A stretch of DNA of 64,000 nucleotides, from the NCBI GenBank assembly GCA_012295275.1, contig CM022668.1:3410001-3474000 (forward strand), given 5' to 3'. Positions 28,586 to 41,902 of the stretch are shown one piece after another. Position numbers and translations under genes: made by a program. A model generated the notes under the pieces. The model saw only the letters and a list, made by a program, of their open reading frames with translations. It did not search any database and had not been told where the DNA came from. The stretch is from Chrysomallon squamiferum. Its lineage: Eukaryota; Animalia; Mollusca. Within the stretch, counting starts at the first letter, position 1. Each line of letters begins with the position of its first letter.

Positions 28586-28667
28586 AAGGTGCCATTTTTT
28601 TCCAAATCTGCACAGTGCCATTTCTTCCAGGTGCCATTTTTTCCGGTGCCATTTTTTCCGTACACCA
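28586..28667 (-). mobile_element. Solo DNA-transposon terminus (MULE-like subrepeated TIR)
   Basis: Four GTGCCATTT(T)nCC subrepeats end in GTACACC. No partner end was found in the window. Confidence 0.5.
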
Positions 28668-28794
28668 TCTCGACAGTTCATAAAAATTACGGTTATTTGG
28701 GATTTTCCCATAGAAACTACATCCTCTGAGAAATCAGACGAGAGAAATGTTTTCCACCAAAAGATTAAACCATAAACCATTACCACCAAAACAC

Positions 28795-29030
28795 TCTACT
28801 ACTACTGCTACTGCTGCTACTACTGCTACTACTACTACTATACTACTACTACTAGTACTACTACTACTACTACTACTGTTACTGCTGCTGGTACTGCAAA
28901 AAACTGTTACTCTACTTCAAGTACTACAATTATTACTACCATATTACTATTACTGTCACTGCTATTACTGTTATTACTACTAACATCACTATAACCTTCT
29001 ACTACTGCTATTACTACTACTTCTAATACT
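28795..29030. repeat. (CTA/CTG)n low-complexity tract
   Basis: Directly visible. Confidence 0.9.
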
Positions 29031-32000
29031 ATTAATATAGCAATAATAAATTATATTTCTGGGCGTTGTTCTTTTAGAATGTACAACTGTAACTACAGTC
29101 ACAAACGAGTTATCACTCATCTCGCTCATGTATTTATTTTTATTATTTATATATTTATTCATTTTTTAATGGTGGGACAGCACCATGCCCCCCCCGGTCT
29201 TCATCTTCTTCACAGTGAGTTCCTGCATGCCCCGATGAATAACCCCAGGGTTATTTGTCTGTGTCTATAATAACAAGTTTTCTGCCCATATCACCATCCA
29301 AACGTCTGACTCTTGTTTGGAAAAGCGAGTTAAAACCAGGTCATAGTTGAAGATTACAGGGAACTTGCCGCCCCTCTGACATAACTCCCTGCCACCCTAT
29401 TCAGGTCCCTTTCTATTATGATAAAGAAATAATCCACGAATGAAACTTTGCGATCTCCTTTGATAACGCACCAAGCTGACTGGTGGCACGGGATACATCT
29501 GCCCTGCTGCTCAAACTGGCGGCATTTTGTTTAATGACGTCTGCTTGTTCGCTTGTCATTTCAGATATCATTTGTGTTATTGTAGACCTATATCTCACCA
29601 CAGAATGTCAGCCAGAATAAAAAATAAAAATAAAAAAACATATCGTTTGTTTATATCTTATTTGACAGTAAGACCAATGGTAACAAAGATAACATATGTT
29701 TTCTTTATCTTTTGTTCCACATAGAAGCATGCTTTAAAAAACAGTATATACATTTTCTAATACGTTTCCGCCCTGTTTGACATTTCTAGGAAATTTCTTT
29801 TATTTTTTTTATTTTTTTATTTTTTATTCATGAAAAAAGACACTCAAATTAAACTTTAGAGGTTTTATATACATAATCATTAAAACTTAAGCGGCTTCTT
29901 GTTGGTAATCTACTTTAGCTCTGTGATATATATATATATATATATATATATAACGCATGCAAAGAACTGACCATAAGGCCAATAACAGATATGAAAAATC
30001 AGATTAAATAAGTAAATAAAAACATTACCAATAACAACAACAACAACAATAATGACAACAAAATCTGTTCAGTCTAATTATATCACCTTTTTAACACCTA
30101 GTTCCACCATAGGTGAGGCCTTATTTTTCGAAGTACTCGTATTCTGAAATTTGGAATCCTGCCTGCATACTAATACTGTCGTCAACAGTCGTTATCACGA
30201 ATGATTATGACATACTCGCCAATCAAAATTTCGAAAACTGCAGACGACAGATACATGGTGATGAAAGATGAGGAGTTCATAAAAATGTTAGATAACAGGT
30301 GATGGCAAATAGTGATTCATTAATTATTAATTTTTTTATTTTTTTATTAACACAATATTTCAGTCTTCTGTTATTTATGACTTCTCTTAAAATTAATGTT
30401 ATATATTTTATTTTGAATGTGTGAATATTCTCCATCATTTTCGATTTATTTAGTGCATGTTTTTAATATTGATGTATGTACGTATGAATGTATATATGTT
30501 TTTTATTTTCCAAAATCATCTCTGCTGTTGTATTGAGGTTCTCTGTAATATATCTGTATCACTCTCCTGTCTATGTTAGAAATTAAAAGAATTAAAAAAA
30601 AAGAAAAAAAAGATGGCGGTTCACAAAATGAAACGCATTATGAAAGACTAATCATGGCGCGATCAGTTTTGCAGTGTCAGTTTGTTAATCCGGATCCGTG
30701 CCGTTAACGCTCTTACATCAGCGACGCCAGGTGTCGCTAATAAAAACAGATTAGCTTAATTCGCTGACAGGTAATCGAAGACTATTGGGTTGTGTGTGTG
30801 TGTGATTAAAGTTATTCATAGAAATTTTGTTTTAAAAGAAAACATGTGTTTATAATGTAACTGTTCATTTCTCCCCCTTTCCCCTCGACAGTAGACATCT
30901 CCCGGTTTGAGAACATCAGCTGTCAGTTAAATGTGTTATAACATCGATAGTAACATGATTCCAGTAACAGAGGCAGGTTTTTGACGTTCATTTTGTGCAA
31001 CACAATGGGCCCATAAGGTTATTTCAGGGTCAAGCAATTTTCTTCGTAATTTATAGACACTCGTTTTAAACTATTTCTTTTTTTTCTTTATTTAAATGGC
31101 ATGTATGTTAAGAAAATACAAGAATTCTGGTAAGGAATGTACATCAGCTTCTGAATAATTTAATTATTATATTAAAAAGACTAAGCAAGAAGTATTTTAG
31201 CGAGACGGATACATGCTTGTCTTCGCATGCTAGAATTTTTCTTTTCCGGAAACATATGGATCAGATTTCGTCACAAACAGTTTATTCATCTCTAGATATA
31301 TATAATTCTCCTATCAAATAATTATAACGGAAAAAGCTGATGCTGATTATCGTTAAATAATGCCGCAATTTGGAGAGATAGAAAGAGAATGTTAGAATAG
31401 CTATCTGACTAATGGCTATTTATATTTAATATGTGATGTATGTTTGGGTGAATTTGTAATTTTTTATTTGTGTGTGTATTTCTTTTTGATAGAATACAGA
31501 TTTGTCAACAGGAATTTTAAATTAAGATGGGTTTGCGTTGAACTGTAGGATGCCCCATTAACTGACAGGAAAATAATGTTTATCCTCTCCATTTCTGTTT
31601 CTGATCATATGCATTAAAGAAAGGTTTCCAGAGTGTGAACTACGTATATAATTTATATGTTAGGTATTTTCAGTATCTCTCGCTGTGTGAGATTTTACGT
31701 CACTAATGTTCCCGGACCCTAACAGAACAATAATGTAACGGTACTTAAAACATGGCTGCTGCCGAGCCTGTGAAACCAAGGTCATATTACCAACGACGAT
31801 AAAACTCTGTCTTGTGAATTAATGTGAGAAGATAATTATTAATATTGAATTTTTTCCCTCCCTGTAGTGTTAGATAAAATAACAAGAGTGTTTTATGACA
31901 TATTTTATATGCAACGACAGAGAGGTGAATTGCAGTGTAGATGAACGTTATTTTGAGCAAATCAAATGAATACTATTTATTATTATTATTAGCAACATTA

Positions 32001-32762
32001 GCAGCAATAGTAGTAGTAGTAACAGCAGCAGAAGCAGTAGTTTTAGTAATTCAATAGTCAGAATAATACTGCAGTAGTAGTAGTAGTAGTAAAAGCAGTA
32101 GTTGTAGGTGTATGTTTTCAATTTCTATTTGTTTAAAAACTGTGGTGCTGTTTGTTTATTTGTTGTTGTTTTTGTGTTATTTAAAAGTAAACGTTGGAAC
32201 GGTCAGAAAAAGAAGTCTTTTTCTAACACTGAGATCTGAGGTCTGACGCTCATGTAGGTGTTGAAAATGTCAATGGTGTATCAGTCTCCACAAGACAACA
32301 TCGTCTCATCGCCGGTCAGAAGAAACGTCGTGGATGTTTACCGACAGAACAAAGTTAACGAAGATGTGACATTTAGTAAATAGCACTGTCTTCTCAAGTT
32401 AACGCAGTTTGTGTTGGCACTGAAGTTCAGCTTATTCTGTCTTTATTTTAAAGAAAAACACAAAAATAATAATAATAAAAAAAACTTCTAAATATTCTCT
32501 TTACCAAGTATTTTAAAAGCTAAAAATAGAGTGTGGTTTTTTTTGTATGAATTAACGTAGGTTACTTTCGTCATTCTGTTACGAAATAGAACCGAGCAAC
32601 ACGGAAGCAGGAAATAGTTGATAATTTTTAGTTACCTTTGTTGTCGTTGTAGTTGTTGTTATCGTCCATCTTCTCCTTTTCTGGCATTCTTTTTTTTCCT
32701 TCAAATATTTTCTTTATGATTTATATATGTTTTTGTGTTTGTCTCAAAATCTAACCCAAATT

Positions 32763-32763
<1 letters not shown>

Positions 32764-32818
<55 letters not shown>

Positions 32819-32819
32819 T
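32764..32819. repeat. (AGAT)n(AGAC)n microsatellite
   Basis: Directly visible. Confidence 0.95.
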
Positions 32820-33087
32820 AAAGCGGAAGCAGTGAGAACAACGAAAACGTTGGAAGAAACGAAAAAAAGAAAAAAAGAAAAAAGGAAAATACAATATCAG
32901 ATAATAATAATGATGATGATGATGATGATGATGATAACGACGACGACGATGATAAATAAATAAATAACAACTACACAACACCACCATATACGTCAATGAT
33001 AAACAGTTGTTAATTCACGTATTAAAAATGTGCAACATAATAAATATGAAAAGAGAGCTGATATGTAAGACGAGCGGCATGTTTTAT

Positions 33088-33204
33088 AGCAATAATAACA
33101 CAAAAACACACATAACTACGTTTTACTTCAAACATTTAGAAGCAATAATAACACAAAAACATACATAACTACGTTTTACTTCAAACATTTAGAAGCAATA
33201 ATAT
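33088..33204. repeat. 53-bp tandem duplication (2.2 copies)
   Basis: AGCAATAATAACACAAAAACA(C/T)ACATAACTACGTTTTACTTCAAACATTTAGA x2 plus a partial copy. Confidence 0.9.
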
Positions 33205-33392
33205 AAATAACTGACAGCAAATATTAATTTTTCGCCTGAAACTGAATGTCGGTAACTTTTATGATAGGTTTAAAGTAAGGAATTTTTTGCAGAATAAATT
33301 AGATTTTCAGTGTAAGTATATACCTTCTTCACAGATATGTATTATACAGAGACACAATGGGATAGAGTTTAAAACAGAAAGAGAAAAAAAAT

Positions 33393-33396
<4 letters not shown>

Positions 33397-33452
<56 letters not shown>
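33397..33452. repeat. (GA)n microsatellite
   Basis: Directly visible. Confidence 0.97.
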
Positions 33453-33455
<3 letters not shown>

Positions 33456-33739
33456 AGGAATGCGAAACATGTCATTTACCGTTTTCTTTTTTCGAACACG
33501 AAGTGACAATAGAATAGTAAGTTGCTAATAAGCAGTCTTAGATCTATATATATGTATTGTACAATCTCTTATTTAAAGAATATCTGACTCCTCAACCCGA
33601 AATCAGTCTGAAGACCTTTTTTTTAAACCTTCTCATTAACTCACATTCCTTCTATAATTCACTCCAAAAATGTTATTACTAACAATATACTATAATACAC
33701 TATTTATTTATTAGATGGTGTCTAAAAGAATACAATGTT

Positions 33740-36080
33740 GTGCACAGGTCAGTAAACGGCAGAAAAAAAAAAAAAAAAAAAAAAAAAAAAACAGAACAAA
33801 AGCAGCAGGCTAAGCTAGATGGAAATCTTGATAATCTATTGTGAACGCTGCTAATTGCATCAATATTGAAAGTACACCAGAATCTGCTTCTGTTCTGTAA
33901 ACTTTCTGCTTTAAAAGCAGAGACAGCCTTGTGTTATCATGCTTCTACATCAGAACAGTCACGTGCTATTCAGTTTTCATTGATATTGGCCACAAAAACG
34001 TTGAAAAATTAATTTCTTAAGAGAGGGACATCTGAACTTCCGAATAAAAATGCATTTTTTAACAAGACAGTGATGACAGATTATTCATAATTGTGAGACA
34101 CTTTTAAGGGCTTGGTTCCTGCAGTCTCCAGTGACATGTGCTGTGTATTGGTTTCCTTGCATGCTTTTTTTGTAGAACACTAAAGAAAAGCTTCTTTTTC
34201 CCAGCCAAATGCACTTTAAAGTCTGTAACTTTTTTTTGGTGTTGTGTAAAAGGTTCCAAGACAAATGCCCACTCGGACAATTCCCCACTCTTAATTACTT
34301 ATAAGTGTCTTTTACATGTTTATCAGAGTATTATTTCTTTGACTGCACTTGAGTCGATGATCATTGATTAAACCTGTTTGATCTTTGTGCACAAAGAAGC
34401 CACCTGTTGTTTCTAACTATTTTCCAGTTGCACATGACAAGATGAGGTCTTTAGAAGGGGCCAGTATATCTGGTTCATCAGTTATTCTCAGATATATATT
34501 TCTCAATACATGCTACACATATATTCAACCATGGAGATCACCAAAAACAAACATGGTGGTTTGAAGCTAGTACATGAAGGCTATACGTACTCTAAGAAGT
34601 ACGTCAGGAGGAATGTCAGGTGGAGTGTGCAAATCGCTATGCATTCAGCTGTAAAGGTGGTCTCACTACAGATACTGAGGTAAATATTGCATGATCATGT
34701 GACCTGTGTGTATGCGTTCCTGCCGAACAAACATCAGTCCATTCCACCTACGAGGAACTGTTCAATGCCATACAAGACAGATGTACAGAGCCTTCTGTCG
34801 TATTCAGCCCCACAACTTCCAGATGGCTCCATCCCTCCACTTAGGATGCGTCGCATGCCTTCTATGTACCCACCACCCATATGGAACGTCAATTCCACTA
34901 CTCTTGAAGGGGCATCAAGGACCATCAATATATGTTGGACATGCAAGACCCAGCCATCTGGAGAGCCACTGATAGTATACAGAAAGATCAGGCCCAGGTT
35001 GCCACTGCCCTACGTGACCTGCGTGGGGAGCTACAAACTCCAGTCAAAGTTGCACAAACTATGCACTGACTACAACAAGACTGTCCCAGACGTACTGAAG
35101 AGCATTGATCATTGTGTAAGATTCACGTAAATCATATCTGGTTAAAGTTGAATAAAAAATACTAATTCTGTTCTAAGTATGGTATCATATATATTAAAAC
35201 TAATTTGTAGAGTGGGAACTGTCCCAGTGGGAAATTCTCCTTGTGGAAACCAAATAAGATGCAGGCAGGTTGCTGATTTGCATTATGACCTGTCCTTTCT
35301 TTTCATAACTTTATTTCTGGAGTCCAATGCTTACTGAAGTGAACGACGCTCAGGTATACCCTCAACAAGAGGACCTGCACTTGATCGATGTGTTCAAAAG
35401 CTAAAAGCACTGACTCTGTTTTATGAAGAAAAGGGTGATTCTTTTGTCGCAGAGGTAGCTGAGAGAGCTACGCACAGAGAGTAAAATATGTGACATTTTA
35501 TACAGAAAAAGAACTGGAAGGTAAAGAACATGTCAGATGAAAAAAGTAGTGATTTTGGCTTACGTTTAATCAAGGAAACACGCCGGGAACAACTTGAGGC
35601 AACAGATGAGCTAACAGCAGAAGTAAAGACACGTATAACACAGATGAATACACTATTCGTTTCTCTGCAAACATTGTTGGATGCAGAGAGAGATAACTTC
35701 GATAAAGATATTCTGAATTAAACGCCACATCACTCTAAAGTACATCGTCTTAGACGCTACATTGTTTTACTTAAAGAAGTTCATCCAGATGCCAGCATTT
35801 CTACATGGACAGATTTACTTTGCTGGATAATTCAGTGAAAGCTACAAGAAAGTTTAACTGACATTTTTGTGGCAATGAGAATTGTTTTCACTATTATTTT
35901 TCCAGTGCCAGTTGCGAAAGAAGTTTCTCAAAATTAAAGTTAATAAAGACAAATCAGCCGTCAACTATGAGCCAGGAAAGATTAATGACTCGCAAACCTG
36001 TCTGTTGAAAGAGATTTTCATGTAAATTTTGAAAGTATAATTGAAAAATTTGCAAGAATAAAATCCAGAGGATTTTAAAT
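33740..36080 (+). mobile_element. Decayed hAT-superfamily transposase (ZMYM/TTF-like), interrupted by a MULE insertion
   Basis: hAT C-terminal dimerisation motifs SCERSFSKLKLIK (~35910-35950), STMSQERL (35961) and NFESIIEKFARIKSRGF* (ending 36078). Upstream remnant WFLQSPVTCAVYWFPCMLF (~34113-34170) resembles a TTF-type zinc finger. Many stops and frameshifts. Confidence 0.75.
34252..35251 (+). mobile_element. Internally deleted FLYWCH-MULE (Mutator-like) DNA transposon
   Basis: FLYWCH-like N-terminus MEITKNKHGGLKLVHEGYTYSKK..RWECANRYAFSCKG from ATG 34531. MULE-like segments VYAFLPNK..TYEELFNAI and PPPIWNVN..RTINIC. Imperfect ~40-bp TIRs at 34252-34290 and 35210-35251. Confidence 0.75.
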
Positions 36081-37633
36081 AAACTGAATACTGACATTCA
36101 GTGTTCTATTTTACATAGTATTCAAATAATTTGTTATACTTTTACTGTAACGATTAAATGTATATGTGACTTTCTGTGGTTTAGCTATACAGTATATCTT
36201 ACGGTGATGTGAATGCACTCAGAAGTGTAAATATATATATTACTTGTACTCTGTTACTCCTGCTGTTATTATACTCAGTAAGGCAGGTTTTTTTTTTCTT
36301 CAAATATTTAAGCATAAAAAGTAGGCATATGTATCTGTATAGTTTGGTTATTTTATGCAGTCTTTTCTTTTTAATTTGAAGCATATTGTAGTAAAAAAGT
36401 TAAAAGTTTGACAAAACATAAACACACATATATATGAACACACGCACACACACATCTCGGGAAGTTCTTTAATTCGCTTACGTTTGCGAGCTAGTACCAG
36501 ACATTTCAAAATTCACACGTCAGATAACCGTCAGTTGATCATTCAATTTGCGCTCGTACGTGAGTAAAGCCCGCTGACGTTTGAAAAAGTTCCAGAAACC
36601 AGGGTTACGTAATAAGAGATAAAGAACGATCTATTGACGTTAAAAATACACATAACACGGATCCTGCGCAGAGGATTAAAATAATAATAATAATTACAAG
36701 ATTAATAAAATGGTAAAATTACTGCTGTAATTACTACTTCTGTTATTAACAGTAATTTTCATTGCAGCATTGAGAGACACACACAGACAGAGTTTCAACG
36801 TGTTGGACAAGGCGTGTGTCAGGTAAATAGAGTGCTTAATCTGACACAGATAACTGGGTGCAATGCATTTCCACTTTTATCTCATTTAGGCACAATCAAT
36901 TTTTTGAAAAGTGCTGACTTAAAGCGTGGTTTATCTGCACTGCACTATAATAGTGTTTTCAAGGATTAATCGGAGAAAAGAGAAAATAGTAATAACAAAA
37001 CAAATTTCTCCATGCAGTGTTTGACCAATGAAGAAAACTAATTAACCTAAAGTGATCGCTGCTAGACACTGACAGCATGGTACTGTGCGATTGTTTAACT
37101 TAGTTCAAGGAAGTGCCATGCACTATACGACAATCATTTTTATTTCATTATGAAAGATTTTTGAAACAAAACACTTCCCTCGTGTTCTTTCTTCTTTTTA
37201 ATTTTTCCTTTTCTTTAAAAATCCCCGATCAATCTCTTGTTACCAGCTTACAAGTGTTACTTCTGTTTGTACAAAAATAAAGTCAGAGAGAATAGAAAAA
37301 GCAACTTACCATTTTATTTAACAATATTTTTTTGGATGATGCGTGGATTTGTTGTTTTGTTTTTCTCTCACGACAACCGGCATTCACACGTCTTTAGATG
37401 AAATCTTAATCATGTGTACAACTGAAAGCTTTGGATGTGTAATTTAAACTCAAGTAGGCATAAACGTACATCTGTTAACAAAGGAACTGGAATAATGAAA
37501 TCGAAAAGAAAATTATTAAAATAAGAAAATAAAACCCCCACAATAAATAGCAATAACCAAAATATACGAAAAACACGTTAAAAAAACATATGCACACAAA
37601 TATAAACTTAAAAATTAGTATTGTTTGTATGAT

Positions 37634-37709
<76 letters not shown>

Positions 37710-38139
37710 TTTCAACCGTTATTCATTTCCCGTTAAAGGCAAATCTTCAATCACTTAATTTATAAATATGAAATGTGCAGAAAGGTGTTTCGTTTTATGG
37801 ACAATAAACTGCTTTACTGTAAAATGCTTTCTTTAGTAGTAACGTTTAAACTTTCACTTCCACCTCCTGCGACTTCCAGTTACCATCCCCAGGCGCATCA
37901 CCGAGACAAAGCAGGAAGCATTTTTTAAACGCACTTCCGGTATGTAGAATATAATTCTTCCTGTTTATGTTCTTGTCTTGCGAACTAGTTACATTTTTAA
38001 CAAAGCCCATGATATGCATTTCTTGGGTTGTGGGAAGAACGGTAATGTTGAATAATAATAATAATATTAAAAGTTTTTAAAAATGTAATACAGAAACCTA
38101 AACGAAATAAAATTTAAGAAAAACAAGTCAATTGATATA

Positions 38140-38372
38140 TTCATATATTTTTATTTAGAAATACATTATTTTTTTTGGCGGTGAACAGTTTAAATATTTC
38201 AGCTCAATTATTTACACACTCACTCAGATTACTGCTTCAACATATACAGATACAAACCATTCTATATACTACAGAATATTTTAAATGTTATTTTAAAAAA
38301 TATTTATTTCATAGGTGAGCATTTGGATTTTCTAAACGTGTTATTCTAGTTCTGTTATTTGTACATAAAAGG

Positions 38373-38431
<59 letters not shown>

Positions 38432-41400
38432 AAACGAAAAAAGAAATTAATAAAATTATAATAATAATAGATATGTTTGAATTTATTTATGATATTTAAT
38501 CATTTTGAATCTTTACTTTGAATGTAAATGACCAAATGCTGAAATATAAAAAATAAAATAATGTTAAGTTGAATAAAACAATTATGTAAATAAATAAAGA
38601 AAAAAAAAACTGAGAAAAAAAGAGTACTTTAATAATAATAATAATAATAATAATAATTTAAATTATAATCTTAAATTATTAAAATAAAAAGACTTTGAAT
38701 GCAGCTTTCACAACCAAAATTAGTTCATTATAAAAACATGATTATGTCTTTCCTAGAAATGCATTTGTGCTTAACACATGATATGTCAAAATTACAAATT
38801 TAGTCTATTTCCAAATCTAACATCCTATGGTCAAACATCACCTGCACTAATTAAAGCTTTACATATGTTCTGTTTGAATAAGTCGATGAAATTATCTTTC
38901 CATGGTTTGAATGGAATGGTCACAATTATTTTTAAACATCTACTATGGAATTGAGCAGTAAAGTATTTCATGCTGCCAGATATTTCATGCTTTCTCTGTG
39001 GCACTAAGCCCTTCCCTCTTCAGATGCCCATTAAGGGAAACTTATGAAAAATTTAAAATAAGAAAGATAAATTTATGTTTAAAATAATTTTTTCTTCATT
39101 ATGGAACAAACTCTGGACTGAGACCCAGAAAGTCACATGTATCTGTTCTTCTATACAAGCCAATAACAAACACAGCACAGTATAAAAAAATAATATGTAT
39201 AAACAAATTTACATATAGTACAATAACAGAGTGATAATGACTATTTACAGATGAAACTGACAGGTCTATCTGTTTTCTATTTACAAAGAAACATGTAAGC
39301 TGATTGGACAATAGACCTATGTACAAAAACAACAGTTATTTCTAATGGATAATGAAAAATATTTACATCTGTTATGGAAACATAAGAGTTTATCACTCAC
39401 TTTCTCACAATTCTGATATTCTGAAAAACGCTTGACAAAAGGTATTGTAAAACAAAAAAATATATATATTTTTTTTTATCATTTTTATTAATATTTACAG
39501 TTTATTTAATGATGGATGTTAATTCCATTAAAAATTAATTTAGAAAGAACAAAAATAAAAAAAACGACCAGGAAATATTTATAATAAATTCTATTATTTG
39601 TACAAATTATTAAAGTGAGTTAAAAATATTCTCTGCTTGAACTCTCATCTATTTTTCCAGTCAAATACATTTCATCATGAAAATCAAACCAGTAAGAAAG
39701 CTTAGATTCAGTTCCTACAGACACTGACCTGCACTGTTAAAACTGAGATGATTAATAAATGCTGTATCAAGTCTGCCTGATTTCAACACTTGTTATAATT
39801 AAATTCTGTTTATTAACAACATGCACCTTTGTGAAGATGAGGAAAATTACTAGGATATTACTTGGAGAGGATGTGAAAACCATGCATCCTGTCACAACAT
39901 TACTAAAAGCCTGACACAGCATGAACAATGGCTTGCATGTTTTCAAAACAAGTATGAATTATTTTCCTTCCTTGTTGGAAAAATAAGTAAAAAGATAATA
40001 ATTTCCATTAGAAAAAATGTTTTTTTTTTCCAGCAACATCAAACAAACCTCTCAGATGTGTTTTTAACAAAAGAATATTCATTCACCTTTTTGTTTTTCA
40101 ACTACAGAGAAACAAGGAACAAAAAATAATAAAAAATATGAAAAGAGGGGAAAGAAAAGAAGATATTTTGGTTTTGCTAAAAAATATACTAGAAAACAAG
40201 GTATGAAAATGATGGGCTAACAGAAGAGGCTAACAACATGGTGATTACGTGACAAAAAGTAAATAAAAAATAATCATTTATTTTTACTGCCCTTTTTCTC
40301 TGACCCTGACAGAATAATAAAGTAAATATGTAACAATTTAAACTATAAATAAAGTAAATTTGTAACAATTTAAAATACAAATAAAATAAACGTCAAAAAG
40401 TTTAATTTCATTGTGACCTTTACTTATCAACACATTTTCAACTGATGCATAGAAATATGTCAAATATCACAGATTTTCATCTGAAACCACACACTGTCAA
40501 CCTGCACGTACAATAACAACATGTATTAAACACAGTACATTTCCAGATGTTACCAGAATAAAATGTTAAATAATGGAAGAAAAGTATATAAAAACAAAAT
40601 TTAAAAATGTAACTAAGTAATATTAAGATTATATACAATATAAAATATTCTGCTGTTAATAATTCTGAGATGAAATTTAATTCAAACAGTTATATCCCAT
40701 CATCAGATATAAGTGATGTGTATTATCTAATTTTGTGTGTATGTATTTATTTTTTGTCATCAGTACATATTGTGACCTTATATATTTAAATAAATTTATT
40801 GTCCAGCAAAAACTACATCTTTTAATTCTCTGTTGTGTTGTTTGTATATGTCTTTTTCTTCTGCTGCCAATAAAACATTGGTGGGTGAATCACATGGAAC
40901 AGTGAAGTCAAAGCTTGGCAAAATCTCGTAAAAACAATTCACAATACAAAATAACTCAAAACAAGTTTTGGAAAACAATGTTATAATGAGAAAAAAATGG
41001 ATTTTTATTTATGAAAGTCAAGAATGGTTGGCAGTTTTTCTAAAAGACTTTTAATTAATTCAATCTCATTTTTAGAGCCATCATGTAGTTTTTCTAAAAC
41101 CTGTTAATCCATCAGTGATTTATTTGTTTTATATGAAATCTTTTAACTCTGTTGTTTCATTTGTTCATGTCCTTTTTGTCTGCTGCCACAAAACAGTCTT
41201 CTGATTTGAAGATCATGGAATGTGTTTTCTTGATGTAGCCTTTCTACACATTTGTAACAATAACATTAACTTTTTACATCTTCCAAGTCTTGTCACATTT
41301 TACTGCCTCTTTAGTTTTATTTTTTTACCTTTTTTCAACTTGTTCTATAGCCACAACTTTCTCAATGTCATTGAACACGGATTGACATTTTTCACTGTTT

Positions 41401-41902
41401 TTTCACTGTTTTCACATTAAAATGCCTGTTTTTGGAAGATGGATTTTAGAAAGAAAGAAATTGTCCCAGATATACATATTTATGAAAGCCCAGATTTCAT
41501 GATATATTTATAATATACAATAGTTATACACACAAAGCAGCTTCATAATATAAAAATGTATTCTGGAATGTTCCTTGCCATTGGTCAGTTAGCACCCTTG
41601 TTTCTCACCATGACATCACTCACTGACAATTTTAAAATATTCACTGTATTAAGACACAGTATGGAATCCAGAATGTGCTCACACAATTTCACTTTAAATA
41701 GCAGTTAAGATATTTCCTTTTCATTTTGGCAGGATATTGTGTTGGTGCTCTGGAAATGGGGGTGGAAGCACGACCAGTAACCAATGTGTTTAATTCCACA
41801 CAGAAAAGGATCTTGGTTACAGCACCAATAAGAAAAACAAAAATTCTAATGTTCGACTTGAAAAAAAAAAAAAAAAAAAAAAAATGCATGAATTTTGTTT
41901 GG
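38140..41902 (-). other. Probable long (~3.7 kb) 3'UTR of Sema1a
   Basis: AU-rich non-coding sequence follows the stop codon. There is a minus-strand AATAAA at 38155-38150, and CpG-poor composition ends near 38200. Several Pumilio-type elements are present. The end point is inferred. Confidence 0.5.

Larger units (their letters stand above)
27586..29921. repeat. Perfect 33-bp inverted repeat pair enclosing 2.3 kb
   Basis: GAGCTAAAGTAGATTACCAACAAGAAGCCGCTT at 27586-27618 has its exact reverse complement at 29889-29921. Confidence 0.85.

Noticed and set aside
29416-29601. 61-aa protein-like ORF on the minus strand
   Set aside because: It has a non-ATG start, no convincing splice sites and no recognisable family. 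It is better explained as regulatory DNA.
37305-37315. AAAATG|GTAAGT on the minus strand as an ATG-only first exon of a hidden gene
   Set aside because: The candidate downstream exon I tested (acceptor near 28038) closes within about 30 codons in all frames.
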